Below, one piece after another: positions 55,500-64,000 of a stretch of 64,000 nucleotides of DNA. The notes beneath the pieces are model-generated. The model was not told where the DNA came from, did not search any database, and was given only the letters and a program-made list of their open reading frames with translations. How positions within the stretch are numbered: the stretch's first letter is position 1; the number at the start of each line of letters is the position of its first letter. The stretch spans positions 1-64,000 of IMG/VR virus record IMGVR_UViG_3300025889_017816; one strand, written 5' to 3'. Made by a program: the position numbers and the translations under genes. The stretch comes from a virus.

Positions 55500-58187
55500 C
55501 TAAAAGTTGATAAAGAATTTGAGTGTTTCAGTTTGTCCGGTTGTTCTAACTATAGGAGATATATTTGTTAAATGAATTACATCTCCAGAATTTTGTGAAA
55601 TTTCAGGGGTTGTTAATGTAGTAATTGACAACGTGGGGACACCTGTAGTTTCATTTCTTAAAATACTTGTTTGTTGTATACTATTTATCACAGGTTGCAA
55701 ATAGATTGTATTATCTTTAACATACACCACCGTGAATATACCACCTGAATCAGTAGTGATATTATCATCTAAATTATACTGCGAACCATCCGGCACGGTT
55801 ATAACGTAGCAACCATTTCCTGTGGCAGATGAAAACACAGTAGAACTATTATATCCTTTAATATTTTTAATTATTCCGTATTGTCTAAAATCATTATTTA
55901 AGAAAAAGTCACTTTGGAAATCTTCTATATTAGCTATGATAGCTACTTTTGTTGCAAACAATTCTTGAGGAACATTTGAACCATGTCCACCTTGAGGTGA
56001 AATAGTTGCCTTTGCTGTAGCACCAGTTCCTATACCTGTAAAAGATATATCTGCATAAGTGTAACCAGTACCACCATCAGTGACTTGAATGGAAGTAATA
56101 GCACCAGCTGCAACTGTTGCTACTGCTGCAGCACCAGAACCATCACCTTTAATAACCACACTAGTAGAATTACCACCAGTATTAGAATATCCAGAACCAC
56201 CAGCTGTTACTTCTATTTTATTAATTTGACCATTAACAGCCACAGCATATCCTGCCACATTTTGATTTACAATACTAGGAAGATCGGTTGTTTCTAATGT
56301 TGCTACTGCTGAAGCTCCGGTTCCTCCCCCACCATAAAAATATACAAATGCAAAACTATATCCTACACCACCCGAGGTAATCGTTAATGTATCTAAAAGT
56401 CCTGCAGGGGTAATACTTGCTGTTGCTGTTGCTCCATTACCATCACCTAATATTATAACATTAGGAGCAGAAGTATAACCCGATCCAACACCAGTTATTG
56501 TAATATCTGAAACTGTTCCATTATGATCAAATCTTGAAGAGGTACCATAAAATTTAACAGGGATATAATCGGTTGTCAAGAACTTAGTTCTGTCAGCAGA
56601 AGGCACTTCATATATTAACTGCCAGGTATACCCATCAGACAAAACTTTAGGTCCTGCGTCAGAATGTGCGGGTTTAACTGTTGATTGACCACCACTATTA
56701 TTATCTAAGCACTTATATATTCTGTAATTATCTGGATTATAAACATAAAAGTTAAGAGAAGATATGTTTGCATTATCGGCATATTCAGCATAAACCGTAC
56801 CTGAAACCCAATCTCTTCTAGTTACAATTAATGAAACATCACTTGGGTTAATTTTTTTAACACCTAAAATAGATCTTTTAGCTTCAGAATCCGTAACTCT
56901 TGTATCTGTAGGTGTAGGTGGAGATACTTCATTTGTCCAAGCTAAAGGTCTTCCTAAAAATACATGAAAATAATCATTAGGATTCAAGAAATTTGTAATA
57001 GAAAAAGTATTAATAGTTACAGTTTGATTTAAAGGACCTGTTAATGTAAAGGTACCTGGAATAACAACTTCAGAAATTGGTATTTCTGTTCCTGCATTTG
57101 CATTAGATAAACTTGTAGCTAATTGTATATTATAATTATCATTTTTAATGATAAAATAATTAGTACCGTTAGTCAATCCATTTATAGCAGTAGACCCAGT
57201 AACAGAATAAGTTATTTCATCACCTGTAACTAATGTATGATTTGGTATATGTATTTTATCATTTGCTAAATCTAATGGAAAATCATCCAATCTAACTAAT
57301 TGAAAATCATTACCAGAACCAGTAGAAGTTATATTTACTTTGGTGCCTGCAATTGCGTTAGACAATGATGTTGCTAAAGACAAAGTATTATCTGCAACAT
57401 CAATAACATAATAAGTTGTATCGTCAACCAATCCACCAGGTACTGTACCTGAATTTACATAAAAATGTACACGATCACCTGTGTTAAAACCGTGTGCATA
57501 TATTGATATTCTATCATAAGATGTGTCTATAATAGTATCAGAAAATGTTTTTGTAGTTAAAGGAACTAATAGAAAATTAGACCCAGAAGGACCTCCAGCT
57601 AAATTAATTCTTTTGCTTATATCACCAGATGTAGCTCTTGCATAACCACTACCAGTACCTGAACCAGTTGCTTCTGCTAAGGCAACAACATCTGCTTCGT
57701 CTCTTATTGCCCAATATCTTGTATTATTTGTTAAATTAGTTATGCCTGCGCTTGCTCCATTTTCCAAGTAAAGAACAACATCACCTGAGTTTAATCCATG
57801 AGCAGTAATGTCAATTTCATTATTTGGGAGATCAACTGCAGTGTCTGCAAATTTTAATGCAGTAACTTGAAAAGTTGTGGTTGAACTACCTATAGCATCA
57901 TCTAACGTAATGCTAGTTCCATTTGTAGCAGTATAAGCTGAAGAATTAACTTTCACGCCATCTAGAAATACTTCTACTCTTCCTGGTGTATAACGTAATG
58001 TTCTTCCATTAGTATCCGCACCTGAGAAAGTAACATCTCCCTCAGTGCCGTTATAGTCGAAAACATATCCGTCCAAAGTGGTGAGCGTGTTTAGCTCACC
58101 ACTTGGGACGTTAATATGGTTTACTATGTCTCTATGGAACGAACGAGCTAACTCGGTTCGGAACCTTATAGGTAGTAAAGAAGCCAT
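55500..58187 (-). CDS. gp8: Baseplate wedge subunit gp8 with inserted domains
   Basis: R.DW.SGT.Y, YKCLDNN, DGY.W, F.TTDYIPV, P.GGHG, Q.E..K....F. Confidence 0.85.
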   Translation of the reverse strand: MASLLPIRFRTELARSFHRDIVNHINVPSGELNTLTTLDGYVFDYNGTEGDVTFSGADTNGRTLRYTPGRVEVFLDGVKVNSSAYTATNGTSITLDDAIGSSTTTFQVTALKFADTAVDLPNNEIDITAHGLNSGDVVLYLENGASAGITNLTNNTRYWAIRDEADVVALAEATGSGTGSGYARATSGDISKRINLAGGPSGSNFLLVPLTTKTFSDTIIDTSYDRISIYAHGFNTGDRVHFYVNSGTVPGGLVDDTTYYVIDVADNTLSLATSLSNAIAGTKVNITSTGSGNDFQLVRLDDFPLDLANDKIHIPNHTLVTGDEITYSVTGSTAINGLTNGTNYFIIKNDNYNIQLATSLSNANAGTEIPISEVVIPGTFTLTGPLNQTVTINTFSITNFLNPNDYFHVFLGRPLAWTNEVSPPTPTDTRVTDSEAKRSILGVKKINPSDVSLIVTRRDWVSGTVYAEYADNANISSLNFYVYNPDNYRIYKCLDNNSGGQSTVKPAHSDAGPKVLSDGYTWQLIYEVPSADRTKFLTTDYIPVKFYGTSSRFDHNGTVSDITITGVGSGYTSAPNVIILGDGNGATATASITPAGLLDTLTITSGGVGYSFAFVYFYGGGGTGASAVATLETTDLPSIVNQNVAGYAVAVNGQINKIEVTAGGSGYSNTGGNSTSVVIKGDGSGAAAVATVAAGAITSIQVTDGGTGYTYADISFTGIGTGATAKATISPQGGHGSNVPQELFATKVAIIANIEDFQSDFFLNNDFRQYGIIKNIKGYNSSTVFSSATGNGCYVITVPDGSQYNLDDNITTDSGGIFTVVYVKDNTIYLQPVINSIQQTSILRNETTGVPTLSITTLTTPEISQNSGDVIHLTNISPIVRTTGQTETLKFFINF

Positions 58188-58190
58188 TTA

Positions 58191-58649
58191 TTATGCTAGT
58201 GTTACTGTCCAAGTAATAGTCATTGCGTCAGCAGCGCCTTTGTTAACAGTTGAGAAAACTGTACGGCAAAGCATTGTACCTCCTGAAGCAGCATTGAAAA
58301 TACCTGCCTCAGTTAATGCGCCTGTGCCTGTACCTGCTGGGAATGTGCAAATATATTCAATTGAATCGTCTGTACTGCTTGATGTTGCTTGGTTTGATGA
58401 TGTAAGAGATGTACGAGAAGCAGCAACAGCAGCACCTAATGCTGTATCAGTAACAGCGGCTGCAGTAGAATTTGTACCTACTTCCATGTGTGACATAACA
58501 GCTTGACCTGTACCAATCATACGCTCAGTAATGAACTGCAAACCTACATCTGTAACAACGTTAGGAACATGATGCTCTTCCTTAACATTGCCATTTTCGT
58601 CGTGAAGGACAATCTTCAAACTGCCCTTTGCTTTTAATGTGTCTTTCAT
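58191..58649 (-). CDS. Tail-associated structural protein (fibre-attachment N-terminal-like domain)
   Basis: N.V...G, VGT, TEAGIFNA, RTVF..VNK, ITWTVT. Confidence 0.65.
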   Translation of the reverse strand: MKDTLKAKGSLKIVLHDENGNVKEEHHVPNVVTDVGLQFITERMIGTGQAVMSHMEVGTNSTAAAVTDTALGAAVAASRTSLTSSNQATSSSTDDSIEYICTFPAGTGTGALTEAGIFNAASGGTMLCRTVFSTVNKGAADAMTITWTVTLA

Positions 58650-58675
58650 TTTTGCCTCTAAAAGTTTAAGTTAAA

Positions 58676-61183
58676 TTAAAATATGTAAGTTGTTCCAACA
58701 TATTGTTCTGCGAAATACTCAGGTGAGTATGAATTATTGAATATTTCTCCACCAGCATCGGTCGCAGTGGCCGAATCAGAGAGAGATTTATTAGTATTTA
58801 TAACACTATTTTCTGATGTTGAAGCAGCATCAGAAACACTTCTACTGAAGGAAATTGCAGGTGAATCTGTTACTGAAACATCATCTTGTAGATCAGATGT
58901 TACGTCATCTTGTTGATCAAAAGTATAACTTATACCAGAATCGGTTACTGTAACTGTATCAGTAAGATTTACTGGTATAACCACTAAGGTTGATACATTT
59001 TCTGAAGTTGTTACAGTCTCAGTAAACGGTACGTTAATAGATTTAACTGGTGAATCTGTGACTGATATATCTTCTTGAAGATCTGAAGATATATCATTTT
59101 CCTGATAGAAATGTTTTTGTACATTCTCTGAAACAGGTATTGTTTCAGTTATATTTTTTGCAATATTTAATGAATCAACAGCTTCGGAAGTTGTTACAGA
59201 TTCGGTAAATGGTACGTTAATAGATTTAGCTGGAGAATCTGAAACAGTTGAATTATCACTTATAGGTGTACTAAATGATTTTGCGTCAGATTCAGAAGAT
59301 GTGACCGTATCAGACAATACCTTATCTAATTGGAATACACTATTTTCAGAAACTGCAATATCTTCCTGTAGATCAGATGTTAAGTCATCTTCCTGTGCAA
59401 ATTCATATCTAGATGATTCTGTAACCGCAACTGTTTCTGAAGAAGCAATCACATTTAAGGATTTAATTACACTTTCAGAAACCGTAATATTTTCCTGTAG
59501 ATCAGAGGTTACGTCATCTTCTTGAATGAATTGTTTTCCGACATTTTCTGATACAACAATTGATTCGGAAACATTTAGATTAAAAATCTTTACTTCAGAT
59601 TCGGAAACCGATACAGATTCCGATTTTTCTAATGATGTTGAAATAGAATCTACTTCAGAAGAAGTTACCGTTTCAAAGAACTCTCGCAAGTAAGTTAGAG
59701 TAACTTCTTCTGAATCTGTAACCGTAGCAGAATCAGAAATTGGTCTAGTTAAAGACTTAGCATCAGATTCAGAAACCGTAACTGTATCCGAGGCTTCTAA
59801 GAAAACATGATAATCAACTTCAGTAATACTGGATGTTACTGAAGGTGTTACTGAGATCTCACCTTCCAAATTCAATTCAGAAAACAACTTAAATCCAGCA
59901 GGGTGAGTGCTTTCTAAGAATGTAGTATCCCAGTCGTTTCTTTGTTTTGATGATGATACTACATAGGAATATGGTTGATAATAATCATAGTCCTGTAAAT
60001 GAATATTACTTGATAAGAATCCTTCATTATTTTTGAATTCACCAGGCGCATGATATACTAAACCAGTATTGAATGTAACAGTTGCGGATGACCCTGTAAT
60101 TCTTGGTTCAAATTCAATAGTAAATGTTTTTACAGGTTCTCCCGAATCATCACGGAAAGCAAATTTTTCACCTGTATCAATAATGGCTAATCTCTTTAAC
60201 AATCCAACGGTTGTTGCCTCAGCATAATCTCCCGTCAAAACATAATCTTCAGCAAAATATGTTGCCGAAGATCTTTTTCCTGTTTTTGTAACACGAACAA
60301 TTGCATTATTTTGTATCAAATCATAAACATATGCATCAGCGCCTGTTAGTATTTCTGTATAATCTCCAGCAAAATAAAGACCCTCAACACCTGTTTCACT
60401 AATAAAATATGAATCATCTCTAACAAAACTTGAACCTTCATCATCAACTTTAGATATAGAAACTAACTGTTTGGTTATAGAACCATATGTAACCCCTGCT
60501 TTTTCAACATAAACATGAGTATCATGGCTTCCTAATGATGTTGTTAAATTAGAATCTAAAGAAATATAATCAGGCCACGCATAGTCTGGATCTAAATCTA
60601 CTTCTAATTGATAGATGTTAGGACGAGTCCTAAAAACATCATAACATCTAGTAGTTACAGTTCTTTCAATATTTCCTGCACCTGGAATAAATTCCAAATA
60701 TCTTAATGTAATTATGGAAGCATTTAAGGCATAGATGTTGTTACTAGAAAAATTAGTATTGTTTACTTTAATAAACTTTTTTCTTCTCCAACGACCATCA
60801 GAAGCACGAAGTATATAATCACCGGGATACGTTACTGATGCTGTATCGTTGAACATGAAACGGAAAAACATTTCCGTAGAATTTTCTGAACCTTTAGATT
60901 CATAATATTGATTGATATACTTTACTAGCTTTCTCGTAGAAAGCTCAATTTGATCGGAGAATTCATTTGCAAATTGTTTTCTAAACTCAGGAATAAAAAC
61001 ATCTAATGTAGCATCAATGTCCATCCAGTCGTCAGAATTAAGAAGATAATAATGCGATTGTCCGGATTTTTCCATCCATGTGTAATAATGTTCTAGGAAG
61101 GTGACAAAATCAGGGTACTCGGCCCTTACGAAATCAGGGAGCTGCCCTGAAATTAAATGATGCAGTTTCTTCCTAATAGACAT
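58676..61183 (-). CDS. gp7-like baseplate wedge protein with a Ser/Thr/acidic repeat extension
   Basis: LP.FVR..YP.FV.FL..YY, Y.SKGS, D..YYQ.YSYV, HPAG.K.F; downstream of gp6. Confidence 0.8.
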   Translation of the reverse strand: MSIRKKLHHLISGQLPDFVRAEYPDFVTFLEHYYTWMEKSGQSHYYLLNSDDWMDIDATLDVFIPEFRKQFANEFSDQIELSTRKLVKYINQYYESKGSENSTEMFFRFMFNDTASVTYPGDYILRASDGRWRRKKFIKVNNTNFSSNNIYALNASIITLRYLEFIPGAGNIERTVTTRCYDVFRTRPNIYQLEVDLDPDYAWPDYISLDSNLTTSLGSHDTHVYVEKAGVTYGSITKQLVSISKVDDEGSSFVRDDSYFISETGVEGLYFAGDYTEILTGADAYVYDLIQNNAIVRVTKTGKRSSATYFAEDYVLTGDYAEATTVGLLKRLAIIDTGEKFAFRDDSGEPVKTFTIEFEPRITGSSATVTFNTGLVYHAPGEFKNNEGFLSSNIHLQDYDYYQPYSYVVSSSKQRNDWDTTFLESTHPAGFKLFSELNLEGEISVTPSVTSSITEVDYHVFLEASDTVTVSESDAKSLTRPISDSATVTDSEEVTLTYLREFFETVTSSEVDSISTSLEKSESVSVSESEVKIFNLNVSESIVVSENVGKQFIQEDDVTSDLQENITVSESVIKSLNVIASSETVAVTESSRYEFAQEDDLTSDLQEDIAVSENSVFQLDKVLSDTVTSSESDAKSFSTPISDNSTVSDSPAKSINVPFTESVTTSEAVDSLNIAKNITETIPVSENVQKHFYQENDISSDLQEDISVTDSPVKSINVPFTETVTTSENVSTLVVIPVNLTDTVTVTDSGISYTFDQQDDVTSDLQDDVSVTDSPAISFSRSVSDAASTSENSVINTNKSLSDSATATDAGGEIFNNSYSPEYFAEQYVGTTYIF
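58750..59800 (-). repeat. About 19-aa S/T/E/D-rich coding repeats with four Q.DD..SDLQ.D...V inserts
   Basis: Recurrent [SE][DE].V.V[ST][ED]S; QEDDVTSDLQE, QEDDLTSDLQE, QENDISSDLQE, QQDDVTSDLQD. Confidence 0.8.
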
Positions 61184-63066
61184 TATTCATTAAACGGAAC
61201 AGAATTAATCACCAAACCTGGTTTAATATTTGCTTCAGCAATACTCAAAGAATTATCCAATGTAACAATTGTGTTTTTTGCAGGTAATGCTGTAACAGCA
61301 AATTTTGAAATATCAGAAGCACGAACCAACCCACTGGTTATATTTTGATATAAAGGTTGAGGTCTGACATTTAAATATAACTTGTTAACGTTGCCTACAT
61401 ATCTCGTTACTTTTATTTCTTTCAAAGTAACTATTCCTGTCTCATAGTTTACGGTTCCATAAGAAGTAATTTTTTGTTTATCTTCTTTGTTTACAAAATA
61501 TAAAGTTCCAGTTCCCGTATCATCTTGAATTGCTGCATCACTAAAATCTTGTAAATATCCTGTGTATTCTACGCCATTAACTGTAGTAGTAAAAACTGAG
61601 CTTACAACAGTTTCAGGATCAATAGCAGTAAGATAATTCAATACCTGTGAGTATGCGGATGAAGCACCAGCACCTATTGATATTCTTTTCTGAAGATTCA
61701 TCTTGAACAATGAACCCACAACTGAACGATTTAAATCCTTAACTCTTTGTTGTACTCTAGAAAGAATAAAGGTTCTACTTAGTGTACCTAATTCCGTAGA
61801 AAAATAATTTTCAATTTCTGCTTTAACTAATGCTGAAAGATCTTTTGCTTTTAATGTAGTTAATTTAGGATCATAATTAACTGTACCTGTAAGACCCAAA
61901 TACAAATAATCAGGATCAACAAACTCATGTTGAATACTCATTACAGAACGTGGTCTTAATAAAGTTTCTGTAATATAATCTTTATCTGCTTCAGTTAAAA
62001 CTTGTCCGGAAACTGTATCAATAGAAATGAAAACTTTACCATAAATTGGAGGAGAATTTTCTTCGCCGCCCCAAACGGTAACTTCTCGTGCTTTTGATAA
62101 ATTTTGTTTGATGATTGTTCTATAATCATCAGAAGTTACAGCACGATTTCTATTAGCATTAAATTTAGGAGCATTGTGTCTAATGCTATCAATGGTTTCT
62201 TTTTCAGCACCATTTGCAGCTGCAGTGTTAATGGTTATTGTTGCTGCATCTTCACCATCAATATCACCTATTAACGTGAAATTTCTTGCACCATTTGCAA
62301 TAGAACCTCTGGAAACAACATAAGAAATTGTAACAATATTTCCTGCTGTTAATTTTGCACCTACATTATCATCACCAAAAACTAATTGAAATTTTCCTTC
62401 TTTGTTTTCTTCAACCCAAAATACTTTACTAGTTGAAGTAACATCAAGAATGTTAGAAGCCTTGGTCCATGTGGCTGTTGTTAAATCTGAAATACTAGTT
62501 TGAACAGACACAGAAATTGTAGATGTATCAACAGAATCATTTGGAATAACTAAAGGACCTGAAACATTGTCAGAAACAATTGTGAAAGAATTGGATAAAC
62601 GTATACCTTCAATCAAATCAATCGAAGTAAAAACAAAGTTTCCTGATTCATTTAATGTTGCTGTTTGTGATTCATTTACATTAAAGGTAAATGTTTCATC
62701 ATTAATTGTTGCAGAAAATTTATTTGAAGGTGTTATGGTTAATGTTACACCCACAGTATCAATTCTTGGTACCGTAATGTTAACGTTTGCTATTGCAGAG
62801 GTTGTTGATCTAGGTGTATAACCTAACATTTTTGCAATTGATGTTACCGAACTTCTTTTTATTGCAGTATCAATAAACATTTCATTGGCTTGAAGATTAG
62901 CCAATACTGCATTATAATGTGTATTATATGCTAAAACATCCAACAACAAACTTAATGCTGAACCGTTGAAATCATAATCTGTAAATTCATTTTGGGCAGC
63001 AAGATATGTTTTTAAGTTAGTTTTAATATCAGCAAAATCTAATTCGGTAATATTTAATTCAGCCAT
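61183..63066 (-). CDS. gp6: Baseplate wedge subunit
   Basis: LDF..IK.NLK, FTDYDF.GS, LAYNTHY, RAVT..DY, WGGE.N.PP.YGKVFI. Confidence 0.96.
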   Translation of the reverse strand: MAELNITELDFADIKTNLKTYLAAQNEFTDYDFNGSALSLLLDVLAYNTHYNAVLANLQANEMFIDTAIKRSSVTSIAKMLGYTPRSTTSAIANVNITVPRIDTVGVTLTITPSNKFSATINDETFTFNVNESQTATLNESGNFVFTSIDLIEGIRLSNSFTIVSDNVSGPLVIPNDSVDTSTISVSVQTSISDLTTATWTKASNILDVTSTSKVFWVEENKEGKFQLVFGDDNVGAKLTAGNIVTISYVVSRGSIANGARNFTLIGDIDGEDAATITINTAAANGAEKETIDSIRHNAPKFNANRNRAVTSDDYRTIIKQNLSKAREVTVWGGEENSPPIYGKVFISIDTVSGQVLTEADKDYITETLLRPRSVMSIQHEFVDPDYLYLGLTGTVNYDPKLTTLKAKDLSALVKAEIENYFSTELGTLSRTFILSRVQQRVKDLNRSVVGSLFKMNLQKRISIGAGASSAYSQVLNYLTAIDPETVVSSVFTTTVNGVEYTGYLQDFSDAAIQDDTGTGTLYFVNKEDKQKITSYGTVNYETGIVTLKEIKVTRYVGNVNKLYLNVRPQPLYQNITSGLVRASDISKFAVTALPAKNTIVTLDNSLSIAEANIKPGLVINSVPFNE

Positions 63067-63070
63067 TTTA

Positions 63071-63469
63071 CTACCTTAGTCTTTCTAGTGTTATTGATAA
63101 TGAACTTGTTTGACTGATCCCTAATACTTTAAAAAATATAGTAACCTCATATTCATTTTCATCATAATTAGGAATAACATCTACTCTCTGTACTGTTACC
63201 CGCGGTTCATTGTTTTCCAAAACTATTTGTATTTTTTTTGCTAAAACATTAGAAGAAATATTGTCCATAGGTTCAAACAAAACAGCGTTTAAACCAGATC
63301 CAATATCTGGGCGAAACAATCTTTCACCAAAATTAGTAAATAATAAAATTTTCATGGACTGTTTTACAGCATTAATGTCCACCTTTTTCAAAACATCTTT
63401 GGTTTCAGGATGTTTATCAAAAGAAAGATCTAGGTCTTTATATATTTTGTTGGATTTTAGAATACTCAT
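63071..63469 (-). CDS. gp25: Baseplate wedge subunit
   Basis: YKDLDLSF..HP, T..GER.F.P..GS, EPRV, LERLR. Confidence 0.95.
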   Translation of the reverse strand: MSILKSNKIYKDLDLSFDKHPETKDVLKKVDINAVKQSMKILLFTNFGERLFRPDIGSGLNAVLFEPMDNISSNVLAKKIQIVLENNEPRVTVQRVDVIPNYDENEYEVTIFFKVLGISQTSSLSITLERLR

Positions 63470-63478
63470 TTTTACTTT

Positions 63479-63486
63479 TATTTATA
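63479..63486 (-). promoter_or_regulatory. T4-type late promoter (gp25)
   Basis: TATAAATA. Confidence 0.75.
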
Positions 63487-63490
63487 TGAA

Positions 63491-64000
63491 TTATACTGAG
63501 ATGCCTACTGAACCTGCCAATTGTAAAAGAACCCCTATTCCTTGTGGATGTGGTTTATGATCTAAGTAAGTAATCATGTTTCTTCTCGGACCATCACGGT
63601 TAAAAGATAAATGAATCCAAGGAGTTCCACCTCTTTGATATTCTAATAACATTTGATCAAAATTAACATTATCTCTTATCCATTTTGCAATTTCAAAATA
63701 TTGACTATTGGTTGCGCCTCGGAATTGTATATCAGCAGCCTGTCCCTTTAGGTGTTGGGAAGTTAAAGATCCTCCTTCAGGAACATCCGTTCTGAACCCA
63801 GATGTTATTATCATATTAGGATATTTTGCTTTTATCGGATCAAGCACCTGTGTTGCCAATCCTCTTAGATTGCAAGCAATTTCTCTTTTAGATAAAGTAC
63901 CTTGCGCCCTCAATCTCCTGTTTGGATCACTACAACAAATTGCTTTATATGTTAAATCTTCAATTTTAAAAAATGTAGAAATTTGATATGTTTCGGGTAT
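63491..64000 (-). CDS. Peptidase M15A (Zn D-Ala-D-Ala peptidase-like) domain, 5'-truncated by the window edge
   Basis: ITSGFR, SQH..G.AAD, WIH.S; frame stays open from 63913 to 64000. Confidence 0.85.
   Translation of the reverse strand: MPETYQISTFFKIEDLTYKAICCSDPNRRLRAQGTLSKREIACNLRGLATQVLDPIKAKYPNMIITSGFRTDVPEGGSLTSQHLKGQAADIQFRGATNSQYFEIAKWIRDNVNFDQMLLEYQRGGTPWIHLSFNRDGPRRNMITYLDHKPHPQGIGVLLQLAGSVGISV

Noticed and set aside
179-63986. All plus-strand ORFs in the track, e.g. 1387-1983, 47501-48226 and 52163-52633
   Set aside because: They are antisense shadows of well-supported minus-strand genes and show no recognisable motifs
1-64000. tRNAs, introns, inteins, homing endonucleases and stop-codon reassignment
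   Set aside because: Intergenic gaps are short with no cloverleaf seen, core genes are uninterrupted and of normal length, and TAA, TGA and TAG all end genes. Not confirmed by software

Overview
This window is 64 kb of a large T4-like (Tevenvirinae/Kyanoviridae-type gene order) myophage genome with every credible gene on the minus strand. In transcription order (right to left) it contains: baseplate genes (M15 peptidase domain, gp25, gp6, gp7-like, gp8, a split DUF4815-type protein); several modular tail fibres interrupted by a glycosyltransferase cassette; neck, terminase, tail and head genes (gp13-gp23, gp3); uvsY, uvsW and gp55; a translationally coupled 7-deazaguanine DNA-modification operon (queE, folE, exonuclease, dpdA, DpdL-like T-fold protein, GT-B glycosyltransferase, queD) at the position T4 uses for alpha-glucosyltransferase; gp47 and gp46; a proteostasis block (deformylase, ClpP-like protease, VWA-metallopeptidase, MoxR/CobS ATPase); then gp45, gp44, gp62, regA, hsp20 and a phosphoribosyltransferase. 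Sigma70-type and gp55-type (TATAAATA) promoters are visible. The best leads are a possible glycosylated 7-deazaguanine base, a 26-bp long-range RNA helix bracketing hsp20 together with other promoter-overlapping hairpins, a missed 58-aa tail-tip ORF followed by a glycosylation cassette, and repeated C-terminal DGGT[YF] motifs that may dock fibres to each other. All family calls come from motif recognition and synteny; no database searches or computations were run.
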